DNA of 20,000 nt, taken from Mesotaenium endlicherianum (Eukaryota). The notes under the pieces are model-generated. The model had not been told where the DNA came from. It saw only the letters and a list, made by a program, of their open reading frames with translations, and made no database searches. The stretch is from assembly GCA_009602735.1 (NCBI GenBank), contig WELA01001035.1:66252-86251 (forward strand). Direction: 5' to 3'. Position 1 is the stretch's first letter, and each line of letters starts with the position of its first letter. Shown here in pieces: positions 1 through 9,926 of the stretch. The position numbers were made by a program, and so were the translations under genes.

Positions 1-3000
1 TGCTCTTGTCCTGCAGTCCTACCTCAACTGGAGCGACTGCTGTGGTCTGCTTCTGCTGCTGCTCTACTGTGGAAAAGAGCGCTGTATTCTTACCCTGCGA
101 CTGCGGCTGCGGCTGTGGCTGGGGCTGCTTCTCAGGAGGCCCTGCCTGCACCTTCGGAGTCGCCTCTCTTTCCAAGACCGGCTGCTCCACTCTCCTCGCG
201 TCTGAGGTCTCCAAGGCAGCCGCTCGACTCGCCACAGGTTTCGCAGCGACCTGCTCCGCAGCATCCCTGCTCTCCACGCGGGCAACTTCTGCAAAGGGGC
301 GCAGCAGGGGTTTATCCCACGCGGAACCCTCGCTCTTGGGGGCCTCGTGCGCTCGGGAAGCACCGCCGCCTTGCTCCCCTCCCTTCGCAGGAACCTCCAC
401 CTTCCGCTGCTGCTGCTGCTGCTGGTATCGCTGCGGCTCTGGGCCCTCCCTTCTCTTGTTGTCAAGCCGCCCTCCTGCATCGCCGGGGCGCACCCCCTGG
501 CCTTGTGGCACAGGCGCACGCCACTGGTTCGGAGGAGCCTGAGCCTGAGCCCCAGCCCCTCTGGGAGCAGGAGCAGGAGCTGCAGCAGGAGGCAACGGCA
601 TGACTGCATCAGTCTTGGGGCCGTCGCTGCGCGGGCGGCGCCACTCGTTCCTGTCCCCCGGGCTGCTGCGGCCCCCAAACCTCTGCTCCCCTGCGGCGTC
701 ACCACCTTCCCCCCCCGGGCCACCATCAGCATGCCTGCCACGAGGCCGGATGCCCGCCTGGCTGCGGGGAGGCTCCGCACTATCAGGGCCCTGCCACCGT
801 CGATCTCGAGCATCTAGCGGCCGTCCAGGCGGAGGCGGAGCTCCTCCCCGCTCGTGGCCTGCGTTTAGCTGCTGATCGAACGCGCTGCCACGGTCGGGCC
901 TGTTGAGGCCCCGGCGGGAAGGGCCGTTGCTGTCGGCGTAGGGCCTTCTCCCGAGAAGCGAGGAGTCCGATGCAGCGACCCCAAACAAGTCGTCTTCCTC
1001 GTAGAATGCGCGGTAGGAGCCCCGGGGGCCGTAATCTCCATTCTCCATAAAGCTGCCCTTAGGCTCTGGGTAGCGGCCCAACCTGCTGTGGTGGTAGGTA
1101 TCTCCGCCCGAGAAGTTGTCGTGCTGCTGCCTGCCGCTGTGAGGCCACTCGTCTGGGCCTGCTGGGCTCAGGGGGCGATGGTCAGGCCCTCCTCCGTCAA
1201 CCATCCACCTGCTGTTGCTGCTGCTGCTCATATCCCGGTGGCCATCCAAAGAAGGCCAGGAGGGTGCAACCTGGGAGGCCTTTGCGATCGGCTGTCGCAC
1301 GTCGAAGGGCGCGGCAGAAAGATCCTCCGCTGGCCTCGACAGGAAGGGCTCGCCTTTGACCAGGCGGTCGTCGTCCTCCCATGTGCCAGCCTCCTCAGGG
1401 GAGCCTTGAGCCTGCTGCTGCTGCTGGCTCTCGTGGTCCGGCAGAGGCTCAGAGGAGGAGGAGTCGGGCAGCGCCGCTCTCTTCTCGGCCTCGCGGCGGG
1501 CGATGCGCTCCTCGAGCTCCACCAGCTTGCGCCGAGCATTCTCCCTGCGCTGCTCCTCCTCCTCCACCAGCCGCCGCTTCTCCTCCTGCACGGCTCGGCG
1601 CTCGTCCTCCTGCTTCCTCACCAGCTCGTCCGCCTCGCGCTGCACGCGCAGGGCAGCCTCCCTCGCCTCCTGCTCCGCACGCAGACGAGCCTCGGCCTCC
1701 TCTCGAGCCTGCCTCTCCCTCGCCTCCTGTTCAAGCCTGGCCATTTCCACCGCGCGCTCCTCCTCCTCTGCCTTGTGCTGCCTCTCCATCTCCTTCTGTT
1801 TTTGCAATCGCTCGAGCTCTGCCTCAAACGCTTCTCTCTCAGCATCTCGATAAGTTCCTGCTGAAGGCTCCTCCTTCTTCCTACGTACAGGTCTACCTTC
1901 ATAAGAAAACGTGGGAGGGGGAGGCTCAATGCCTACACGCCGTGCTGATGTGAAGGGGATGGGCATAAAGTCCTGAAACAAATCATCCACATACTGGCCC
2001 CTGTTCCCCTGGCGAGAAGCTCCAAACTGGTTGCGGCCAGACATAAACCCCTGCCCATCATGCCTTCCCATCGGACCCTTTTCAAACCTGGACGAATTGT
2101 CCCATCCTCTGGCAGGCCCATATCTGCCTGGCCCATTGCTGTACGCAAAATCCTGATTCCGACCGCTGCTATATGTACCCTGGCCTCGCGAATCCTCAGG
2201 CCCTCGGCGATGGTGGCCATCAAAGCGTCCAGCCATAGCCCCTGAGAAAGGCGCCCCTTGCCCGCCAGAATGAGGACGACCATGCGCGGATCGTCCAACC
2301 GAGCCATCGTCCTGCCTACCATAAGCCCTCTCCTCTCCGCGACCCTTACCATCGTAATTTCGATCTAATCCAGCATGATCTTGTGACCTAGAAAGGGGTT
2401 CAGAATCTCTTTCATCGTCAGCCCAGTTCCTGCTAGGTCTCTTGGGGGAAACATTGGCAAAAGCCACAGACGGAGCAGCTCTCCAGCTATCACTGACATC
2501 TGATGGCCTCTCAGGGCGCTGGTTCGATCTATCTTGCTGTTGAACCCTCAAGTTACCAGAATCAGCAGCCACTTTACTCTCCCCACTAACCCTTGGACCC
2601 ACCTGATTCTCTTTGTTTGCCTGGCTATGCGACTGAAACTGCCCAGTAGAAATGACTTCAGTAGTTACAACTTGTCTCACTTGCACCTGTTGTATTTCAT
2701 CAACGCCTTCTCTCTCTTTGCTCACTTTCCCCTCCCTGCTCAGAGGCCTTTGCACACCATCTTTATATCGGCCAACTTGAGGCAAGACAGGGGTCGTAGC
2801 TTGGAGAGAAGGGAAGTCTTCTCCACGTAGCACCACTACCCTCTCTGTAATTGTCACAGAGGTACTTGTAACACCTCTCGCTGCTGGCGGAGTATACACA
2901 CCAGGCCGCACAGGCTTCTGTTGAGCAAGGGGCACTGGCTGCGGAGACGCTTGCTGATACTCGGAGGGACCAAACGTGCCTCCTCCCCACGTGGAACCGG

Positions 3001-3355
3001 ATGTAAGAGCTGACCTGACAAGCGGCACCTCAACCTGCGGAGCTGCTCCGACTGGAGCCTTCTCTTCAGCCTTTTCTTGTTTACTCCAACCTCCTCCAGA
3101 TCCTCCGACCAACAAAACCGTGGGATCATTTCCTGCATGTTCACGCTTTAAGGAAGGCAAATTCACAGGTTTAGGAATGACAAGCCGAGATCCCTTGTGC
3201 GGCAGAACCCCACCTGGCCTACCACGGCCAAGAACGAGCATACCACCATATGGACCAGGACGCGATTGAGGCCTCGATTGAGAAGCGGGCCTTCCATAGG
3301 AATTGTTCAGATTGACACTGGCATACTTACTACGACCTACTGGAGGCTGAGCCAT
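1..3355 (-). CDS. BAT2_N / PRRC2-like low-complexity coiled-coil protein (At3g50370-like), 3'-partial
   Basis: I read this frame codon by codon and found no stop from ATG (cat at 3353-3355) to the window edge. N-terminus MAQPPVGRSKYASVNLNNSYG...GGMLVLGR...LVIPKPVNLPSLKREHAGNDPTVLLVGGSGGGWSKQE fits the BAT2 N-terminal motif. Further blocks VYTPPAAR, LRGEDFPSLQA, NWADDERD and a charged coiled coil (EREAFEAELERLQK...RRKLVELEERIARR, about 1490-1850) match my recollection of plant At3g50370-type proteins. Confidence 0.88.
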   Translation of the reverse strand, partial: MAQPPVGRSKYASVNLNNSYGRPASQSRPQSRPGPYGGMLVLGRGRPGGVLPHKGSRLVIPKPVNLPSLKREHAGNDPTVLLVGGSGGGWSKQEKAEEKAPVGAAPQVEVPLVRSALTSGSTWGGGTFGPSEYQQASPQPVPLAQQKPVRPGVYTPPAARGVTSTSVTITERVVVLRGEDFPSLQATTPVLPQVGRYKDGVQRPLSREGKVSKEREGVDEIQQVQVRQVVTTEVISTGQFQSHSQANKENQVGPRVSGESKVAADSGNLRVQQQDRSNQRPERPSDVSDSWRAAPSVAFANVSPKRPSRNWADDERDSEPLSRSQDHAGLDRNYDGKGRGEERAYGRQDDGSVGRSAHGRPHSGGQGAPFSGAMAGRFDGHHRRGPEDSRGQGTYSSGRNQDFAYSNGPGRYGPARGWDNSSRFEKGPMGRHDGQGFMSGRNQFGASRQGNRGQYVDDLFQDFMPIPFTSARRVGIEPPPPTFSYEGRPVRRKKEEPSAGTYRDAEREAFEAELERLQKQKEMERQHKAEEEERAVEMARLEQEARERQAREEAEARLRAEQEAREAALRVQREADELVRKQEDERRAVQEEKRRLVEEEEQRRENARRKLVELEERIARREAEKRAALPDSSSSEPLPDHESQQQQQAQGSPEEAGTWEDDDRLVKGEPFLSRPAEDLSAAPFDVRQPIAKASQVAPSWPSLDGHRDMSSSSNSRWMVDGGGPDHRPLSPAGPDEWPHSGRQQHDNFSGGDTYHHSRLGRYPEPKGSFMENGDYGPRGSYRAFYEEDDLFGVAASDSSLLGRRPYADSNGPSRRGLNRPDRGSAFDQQLNAGHERGGAPPPPGRPLDARDRRWQGPDSAEPPRSQAGIRPRGRHADGGPGGEGGDAAGEQRFGGRSSPGDRNEWRRPRSDGPKTDAVMPLPPAAAPAPAPRGAGAQAQAPPNQWRAPVPQGQGVRPGDAGGRLDNKRREGPEPQRYQQQQQQRKVEVPAKGGEQGGGASRAHEAPKSEGSAWDKPLLRPFAEVARVESRDAAEQVAAKPVASRAAALETSDARRVEQPVLEREATPKVQAGPPEKQPQPQPQPQSQGKNTALFSTVEQQQKQTTAVAPVEVGLQDKS

Positions 3356-4117
3356 AGTTTCTACTTTTAAGCGGATCTTTTCCGCGCATGGCAAGATGTC
3401 CTGCCACTCTACAGTGACACCATGCCCCAGGGGCAAGCTTTCCCTGCGTTTTGCAACACCTAGCTAATGATCTACAGTTACAGCACTAATGGCTGCGTTT
3501 CCGCTGTGCCGCGCTTGCAACTTCCCTACCTTGTTCAGTTGGCGCCTTACGTTTAAGCGACCATTGCGTCGCCGAATGATTTGTTGCGACAACTATCTGG
3601 CGCCAAACATTCATCGCTAATTTAGAGGGTGGTACGCGATATGAAATGAGCCCATGATAACTGGTATGTAACCAAATATCTCGAGTCGTCCTTCTCTGCA
3701 TGGCCGCACGCCACTATCAATGAGGGTCGCAACTTGTCCCGATGATGGGTAGGTGAATATGGTTGGGAGAACATCTATGCAAACCCCTCACATCACCCAC
3801 CTTCCATGCATGGTGGACCCGTCGACGCGGATGACTTCGAAAGAGTCGTGCGTTTCAACCTGTTTCAATCAGCCAATCTCCTCCCATGTCCATCGCAACG
3901 TTTTTTTGAATGCATGATAATTGAGTGTGCCACCGCAGGGCTAACGGTTTCTAAATACGTGTAGCTGGTGTGTACATGGAAAATTATATGGATAATGAGG
4001 GTGGATGCCCATGATGAAAGTGTGATAGCTGGTTAGTTCTTGAGAAGGGCTAATAGCTGGTGCATTATTCGCCCTTCGACGTCCCTGTGTTGTTAATGGA
4101 CGTCCTTGTGCTTAGCC
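3356..4117. promoter_or_regulatory. Shared divergent promoter / 5' leader region between PRRC2-like gene and MAP3K epsilon
   Basis: 762 bp separate two oppositely oriented ATGs, and GC is lower than in the flanking coding DNA. A possible minus-strand 5'UTR intron lies at 3401-3550 (GTAAGG...GGCAG). No transcription start can be placed from sequence. Confidence 0.6.
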
Positions 4118-7100
4118 ATGTCCCGACTTCCGTCTTCGGCGCAGTTCCACAAATCCAAAACGCTGAACGATAAATATGTAAGTCGATGTAGAAGCTGCTA
4201 CCCACTGCAAGGAATTGTATAAGAAGGACAAAAGAGGTTGATTGTGAGGTACATGCGTTTGTTTTGTTGTGGAGCAGCTGTTGGGTGATGAAATAGGCAA
4301 AGGAGCATACGGAAGGGTGTACAAGGGCCTGGACTTGAACAATGGAGATTTCGTTGCTATTAAGCAGGTTGGGCTGGAAAATATACCAAATGAGGATCTC
4401 GCAAGCATCATGGTATGCATTTGCTCCTTTCTCTGGCTGCTTGTTTCTAACGTATTAGTTCGCAGACAGTCAAGTAGCCTAGGCTTGTGATACATCATTG
4501 AAGGTCAATTGGGCAAGTTACTGTGGGCTAGGCAGGAGCTCTGCCACTTTTGTGTATTGAGTCTCTTTCTACTTGCCCGTCACTTGTTTGTCTAGGAGGT
4601 TTAGCATGTTGACATGGAACTAGCAGCTTCATTCTGTGAGTGGTCTTTGAAAGCTCAGTGACCTTCACCATTGTTGCTTACTTGAGCTCTGGACAAAGGT
4701 GCTCACTATCTTTCCGGTGCTGGTTGGGACATGCTGGGGCATATGCTTCTCTGGCACCTGTATACAGCAAGAGATTGACCTCTTGAAGGTACATGCTGGC
4801 TCCCCCTCACTCTGCTTCCTGCTTGCATCTGTCAGTCAAGTTATGCATCTGACGTAGTTGTGAGTGCTTCTTCAGTGGGCTTAATGGAGCATCTTACTTT
4901 GAGCTCAGTGGTAGGAGTTCATTGCACAGATGGTATTGACAAAACCGAGTGTGTTTTTTTACCGTATGCAATCCATGCAGAATTTGAATCACAAAAATAT
5001 CGTCAAGTACCTTGGCTCCTTCAAGACCAAATCACATCTTTATATTATATTGGAGTAAGTCTTTTCTTGAATCCCAGCCTGCGGCACAAGTATAGTATGT
5101 GCATTTCAGTGCATTTCTTTTTTTCAAAATATCAATAGCAAAAAGCTTGAGTTGGTAGGTTAAGAGTCAAGCTTCTAAGTACGCCTTTTGGCTGGCTGTG
5201 TACACACTGCTTTCTCATTCATGTAACTTTTCAAATTCATCACTGGGTGGTCCAGGTTCGTGGAGAATGGCTCGCTCGCAAATATTGTCAAGCCAAACAA
5301 ATTTGGGGCCTTCCCAGAGTCTCTGTGTGCAGTGTACATCGCACAGGTCTACCATCCACGCCTGCACCTTCTTATGCTTTTACTTGGTCAACGGTGGGGG
5401 TGTATGACTTGATCAATAGTGGGAGTGAAGGTCACTACTCCCCTCTGCCGATGCTTTGTTGGAGCACTTCAAAAGTTTGTGGCTGCTATGCCCTGCCACC
5501 TTTTTACCATGCATGTTGCGTCAATTAAGCACAGGTGCCACATGAGGTAGAAGGTACGGTAAGTCACAACTAGCCTTAAAGGAGGGGGCGCAATTAAAGG
5601 TGCCGCTTTGATGCTAGCGTCCCCTGATGAGGGAACGCTGGTTGAGTGGCAGGTCCTGGAAGGTCTTGTGTATCTTCATGAGCAAGGAGTTATACACAGG
5701 GACATCAAGGGGGCCAACATACTGACCACAAAGGAGGTACATGCTTGTTATGTGACATGAGTTCCTCATCCTCTTTTTGCGTCCTGTGTAAAGCTGTAGC
5801 CCCATAGGGATGCTTCAGTGGGGCTGCAGCATGGTTGCACGCGTGGAATACCGATTATCGCCGTTGTAGCTAAAAGTAGTTGCAGCTTTTGCTCCCTTGG
5901 CAAGTTGCTGCAGAGCAGGAGTTATATACTTCATACACTGGATTGATGTACTGGAGGGGCGCTGGGGAAGCAGGGGCTAGTGAAGCTGGCTGATTTTGGA
6001 GTGGCCACGAAAATGACTGAGGCCGACACTAAGGCCTCCGTGGTCGGCACGCCCTACTGGATGGCCCCCGAGGTGCACCTCTCATTCTTCCGTGCTGTCC
6101 TGTATCTGATGCTCTCACGTGCGCTCGCTGTCCTCTTTTGATCATACCAACATCTCTTGTCAACTGAAATGTATTCTCTGGGACCTTCCTTTACAACAAC
6201 ATCCCGCGGATTTTGACCGCCGCTATGGCGGGCAGCTCAAGCCAAACCTCGCTAACAGTCTTATCTTCCGCGAAGCTTGTTAAGAACAACCGCCCAAGGG
6301 TTGTTGCTGAAATCTTATTCCACAAACGAAGCCCCTTCTACAGAACGGAGGAGGTGGTGGTAGAATGGGTTTCAGCTCTTATTCTTTCATTTGAATTTTG
6401 TCAAATTGGTTTCACCCGGGCGTGCCTTGGAGGTGGGTGCAGATCATAGAGATGTCGGGGGTGACGGCTGCATCGGACATCTGGAGTGTGGGCTGCACGG
6501 TGATAGAGCTGCTGACATGTGTGCCGCCCTACTACGACCTGCAACCCATGCCTGCGCTCTTTCGCATTGTCCAGGTACAGCCCCTTTCCACAGACAGCCA
6601 GCCTCCACCCCCACCGCAGTTGAAAAATCTGCGGTCGCGGTAGCAAGGCCCGTCAATTCCAGTAATTTCCAGTCACTTCCAGTAATTTCCAGTCACTTCC
6701 AGTTAGTTCCAGTGTCTAGGCGCAATGGCATGGCAGACTGAAGAGGAAGCAGGGCAGTGACACCCAGGGGAGTGATTGTGCTTGTCCGGGTGCTTGCGTT
6801 GATGCTGCTGGTGGTGCTGGTGCAGGATGAGGGCCCTCCCATTCCCGAGGGCCTGTCTCCTGCCATCACCGATTTTCTCGTGCAGTGCTTTCAGAAGGTA
6901 CGTGCACTCTGCTCGCTGCCTGGCCTTCAGTCAAACTTTGTGTGCTCTTCACACCTCACTGTGTATGCTGCTAGAGCACAGGGAGTTGAGTCATGTTGGC
7001 TGGACTGGGGGCTGGGTGCTGGGGGGGCACAGGATGCCAAGTCAAGACCGGATGCAAAGAAGCTTATGAGCCACGAGTGGATCCGCACGTCTCACCGGAT

Positions 7101-9871
7101 GCTGCAGAGGTCCCTCCAGCGAGATGGTGGCCACATCAGGTGCTGCTGCTCTCCGTATCTCTACTTCATGACAGGTGCTCTTTCTTGGGGAGTAGCTGGC
7201 CCGCTGGGTCGTGGCGTGATGGGTCGTACTAATAGCAGGATAGTGTGACCCCTGGTTGACTGAGCAGCAACGTACCGGAGGTGTCCACAGTGGTAGAGCG
7301 TACAATAGAAGATGTTAAATTGGACGACTGCGCTGCTGGTACTACCTGCTCGTTGGCGACCCCCTCGTCTGCTCCTCCTTCGCCGCCTGTCAGTTCCATT
7401 CCCCTTATCCTCAGTGAACAAATTGAACCCCAATTGAATTCTGAGACGTAGTTGGGTTATCATGTGTGGGCACAACTAGCGGACAAGACTGCATTCTGAA
7501 AGAGCAGGCAACTGGCGCTGGTGGGGTTGGCAGGTCGGGAGGAATGAGGACGGGGGTGCGGGTGCAAAAGAAGGGGCAGGGGCGGGGGCGGGGGCGGGAA
7601 CAGGTGGCAGGCAGGCAGAGCATCCAGGCATGCGTGATCTGCCATGGGGTGCACATAAATCACTTGCCAAGGTGGCTCGCTCGGCTCGGACAGCTGGCAA
7701 GGATAGTGGGGCTGTGGGTGTTACTGGTGGGCCAGGTCCTCCCGACGATGCAGCATCACCTCATGGGGGGAGCGCCGCAGCTGAAGAGGTCGTCGTCATC
7801 GCTGGGCATAGTAGTGGCATCCCCCGATCATCGAGCTCTCTCCGCTTGAACGAGGATACACTCGCCGCAGCTCCCGCTGCTCCTACTGGCAATGGTGCTG
7901 CTGTCCATCCTGCACCCCAGGTGTGCCCCTGTCTTGGCGACCAACTCCGTTGGCAACGTGCCTCTCTGCAAAGGTTATACTCCAAAGGGGTTGTAGATGC
8001 TACCCCCGACCCACCTTTTGCTAGAGAGTTGACATTATCTAAAATCTGCAGCTTGGATGTGCCTGCAGAAGGAGAACGGTGCTAGGCCTGCGAGGCGAGG
8101 GCGAGATTTGAAGAGCTACGAGGACAAGGAGGGAGACAGGGACGTGGAGGAGATGTTGGCCTCCTGCAGTATTTCAGGCAGCAGTGTGGACAAGCGGGGA
8201 GCAGGGGCTGGCGCTGGTGCGGGCAGCGCAGGCCTCGTCCGTCAGCTCAGGCGGCGCATGGAGCACCGCAGGGCCGTTGCGCGCGCTGCCCTGGAAGGAA
8301 GTCGCGAGGATGACGACCCCTTTGTGCTTGCCATGGAGGCTCTTCCCAATGACGTGCCTGAGGTATGCCAGGTGGCATCTCCACGTTGTAACTGGGATGG
8401 AGCGGTGTAGAGTCCCCCTCCCCGACTATCTCTGGGCCTCAAGGCAGCCAGCTCTGCATATTGACACAACCGGATAGGAAGCCTCCTATTGGCAACGCTG
8501 CTGACTTTCTTGTGTCGCGTCATGACTGGTATTTTGCAAGCGGGATGTTGCTTGCTGGCATGCTGTGTGTGCGACACGTGGTCTGTGTGTGCTTCGATGC
8601 TGCAACTTAGCGAGTCGTTTCATCTGGAAACGTGGGGTGTAATGCTGCTGTGTGGTTATTGAGTAATGGGGTGCACTTATGGGCGTGGGAGAGCAGGGTG
8701 GCGAGGCAGCTGTGGTGAGCCAAGACCAGCTGCACCGACAGGTCTCATCCTCTTCTATATGCTCCAAGATTCTTCTGTCGCACTAGTGCCATCTTTCCTT
8801 TTCCTGCCGCCCTTGCGCCGTCCTTCGCAGTTTTTGGCCCACATATCCCAAAGAGGGCGAGCTCAAGCATTGCAGGCAGTGGGGATGGGTGCGAGAGGGA
8901 GGTGCAGACAGGCGAGGTGGCAAGGTTAATGGCGGACCTGGACCCCCAGCAGCCGGAGGAGCTCTCGCTGGCCGCGTGCCAGCAGCTGCTGGACATGGGG
9001 CGCGACAATCCCCTCCACACGGCCCATGCCATGACGTCGCACTCTGTGGTCCCTCTGGCAGAGCTCATGGAGGCCTCCAACAGCCATGAGGTAGGCGCTG
9101 CCACCACCAAAGCTGCGGCTGTTCGCCACCCTTCCCTCCTCCTCCTCCTCTTCTCCTTCTTCCTCCCCCTTCGTGACGTGCAGGCTTTGGATTCTGCAGG
9201 AGGGGTATGAGTGGAGCACAGTTGCGGGAAAGATAAGCGTGCAGGTGGGAGGGGGGAGTTTGCGCAGGTGGTGCAAGCTGGCCTGGAGTTGGTGGCCCTC
9301 TTGGGAGCCCACCACACTCAGTTCTTGGAAGACCTCTGCATGTCGGGCTTGGTGCGCGCTCTTCTCACCCTTTTTCTGCCCCCTCCATGTTTCAAGCCCC
9401 GCTGCTTTTTGGCGCTGGGAGCCGGGGAGCAGCTTATTTTCCCTAGTGCTGTTGATGAGGTAAGAATGTTGAGACTTGAGTAACTCTCCTGCTGCAGCTT
9501 CTGCTACTCCTGCTCGCTCCTATTTCCAAAATGTTTGAGAAGGACTAACACCGTGCCGGCGAGCACCTTGTCGTGTGATGTGATGGGCAGATACCCACGG
9601 TGCTGGTGCTGGCAGGCGCGGAGAGGTCACGCTCAGAGATCAGAATGCAGGCTGCGTCTGTTGTGCACCTGCTCTGCCATACTAGGTGCTTCTTCTTCCC
9701 TGTCCCACACTCCACGCGTGCCTCCATGCTGCCGAGCTTGCCCCCCCCCGTCTTTATTTGGAATAGAGCCCCAGTTTTGGGTCCTGGGAAATACTTCTGG
9801 AGTCAGCAAGGGGTTTGCTGGCCCGTCCCTTGCTGAGGATGTATGCAACTGGGGGGGGGGGGGGGGGGGGN

Positions 9872-9926
<55 letters not shown>

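Noticed and set aside
6..3269. Many long plus-strand and alternate-frame ORFs (e.g. 1088-1864 Leu-rich, 64-813, 347-817)
   Set aside because: They are shadows of the GC-rich minus-strand PRRC2-like ORF; the Leu runs are the antisense of Glu/Gln/Lys codons.
3790..3855. Short hairpins in the divergent promoter as tRNA or other ncRNA
   Set aside because: No cloverleaf, T-loop or snoRNA boxes; the stems are short enough to be chance.
6657..6713. CRISPR-like or prokaryotic repeat array
   Set aside because: The period is 10 bp with no unique spacers, and it sits in a eukaryotic intron.
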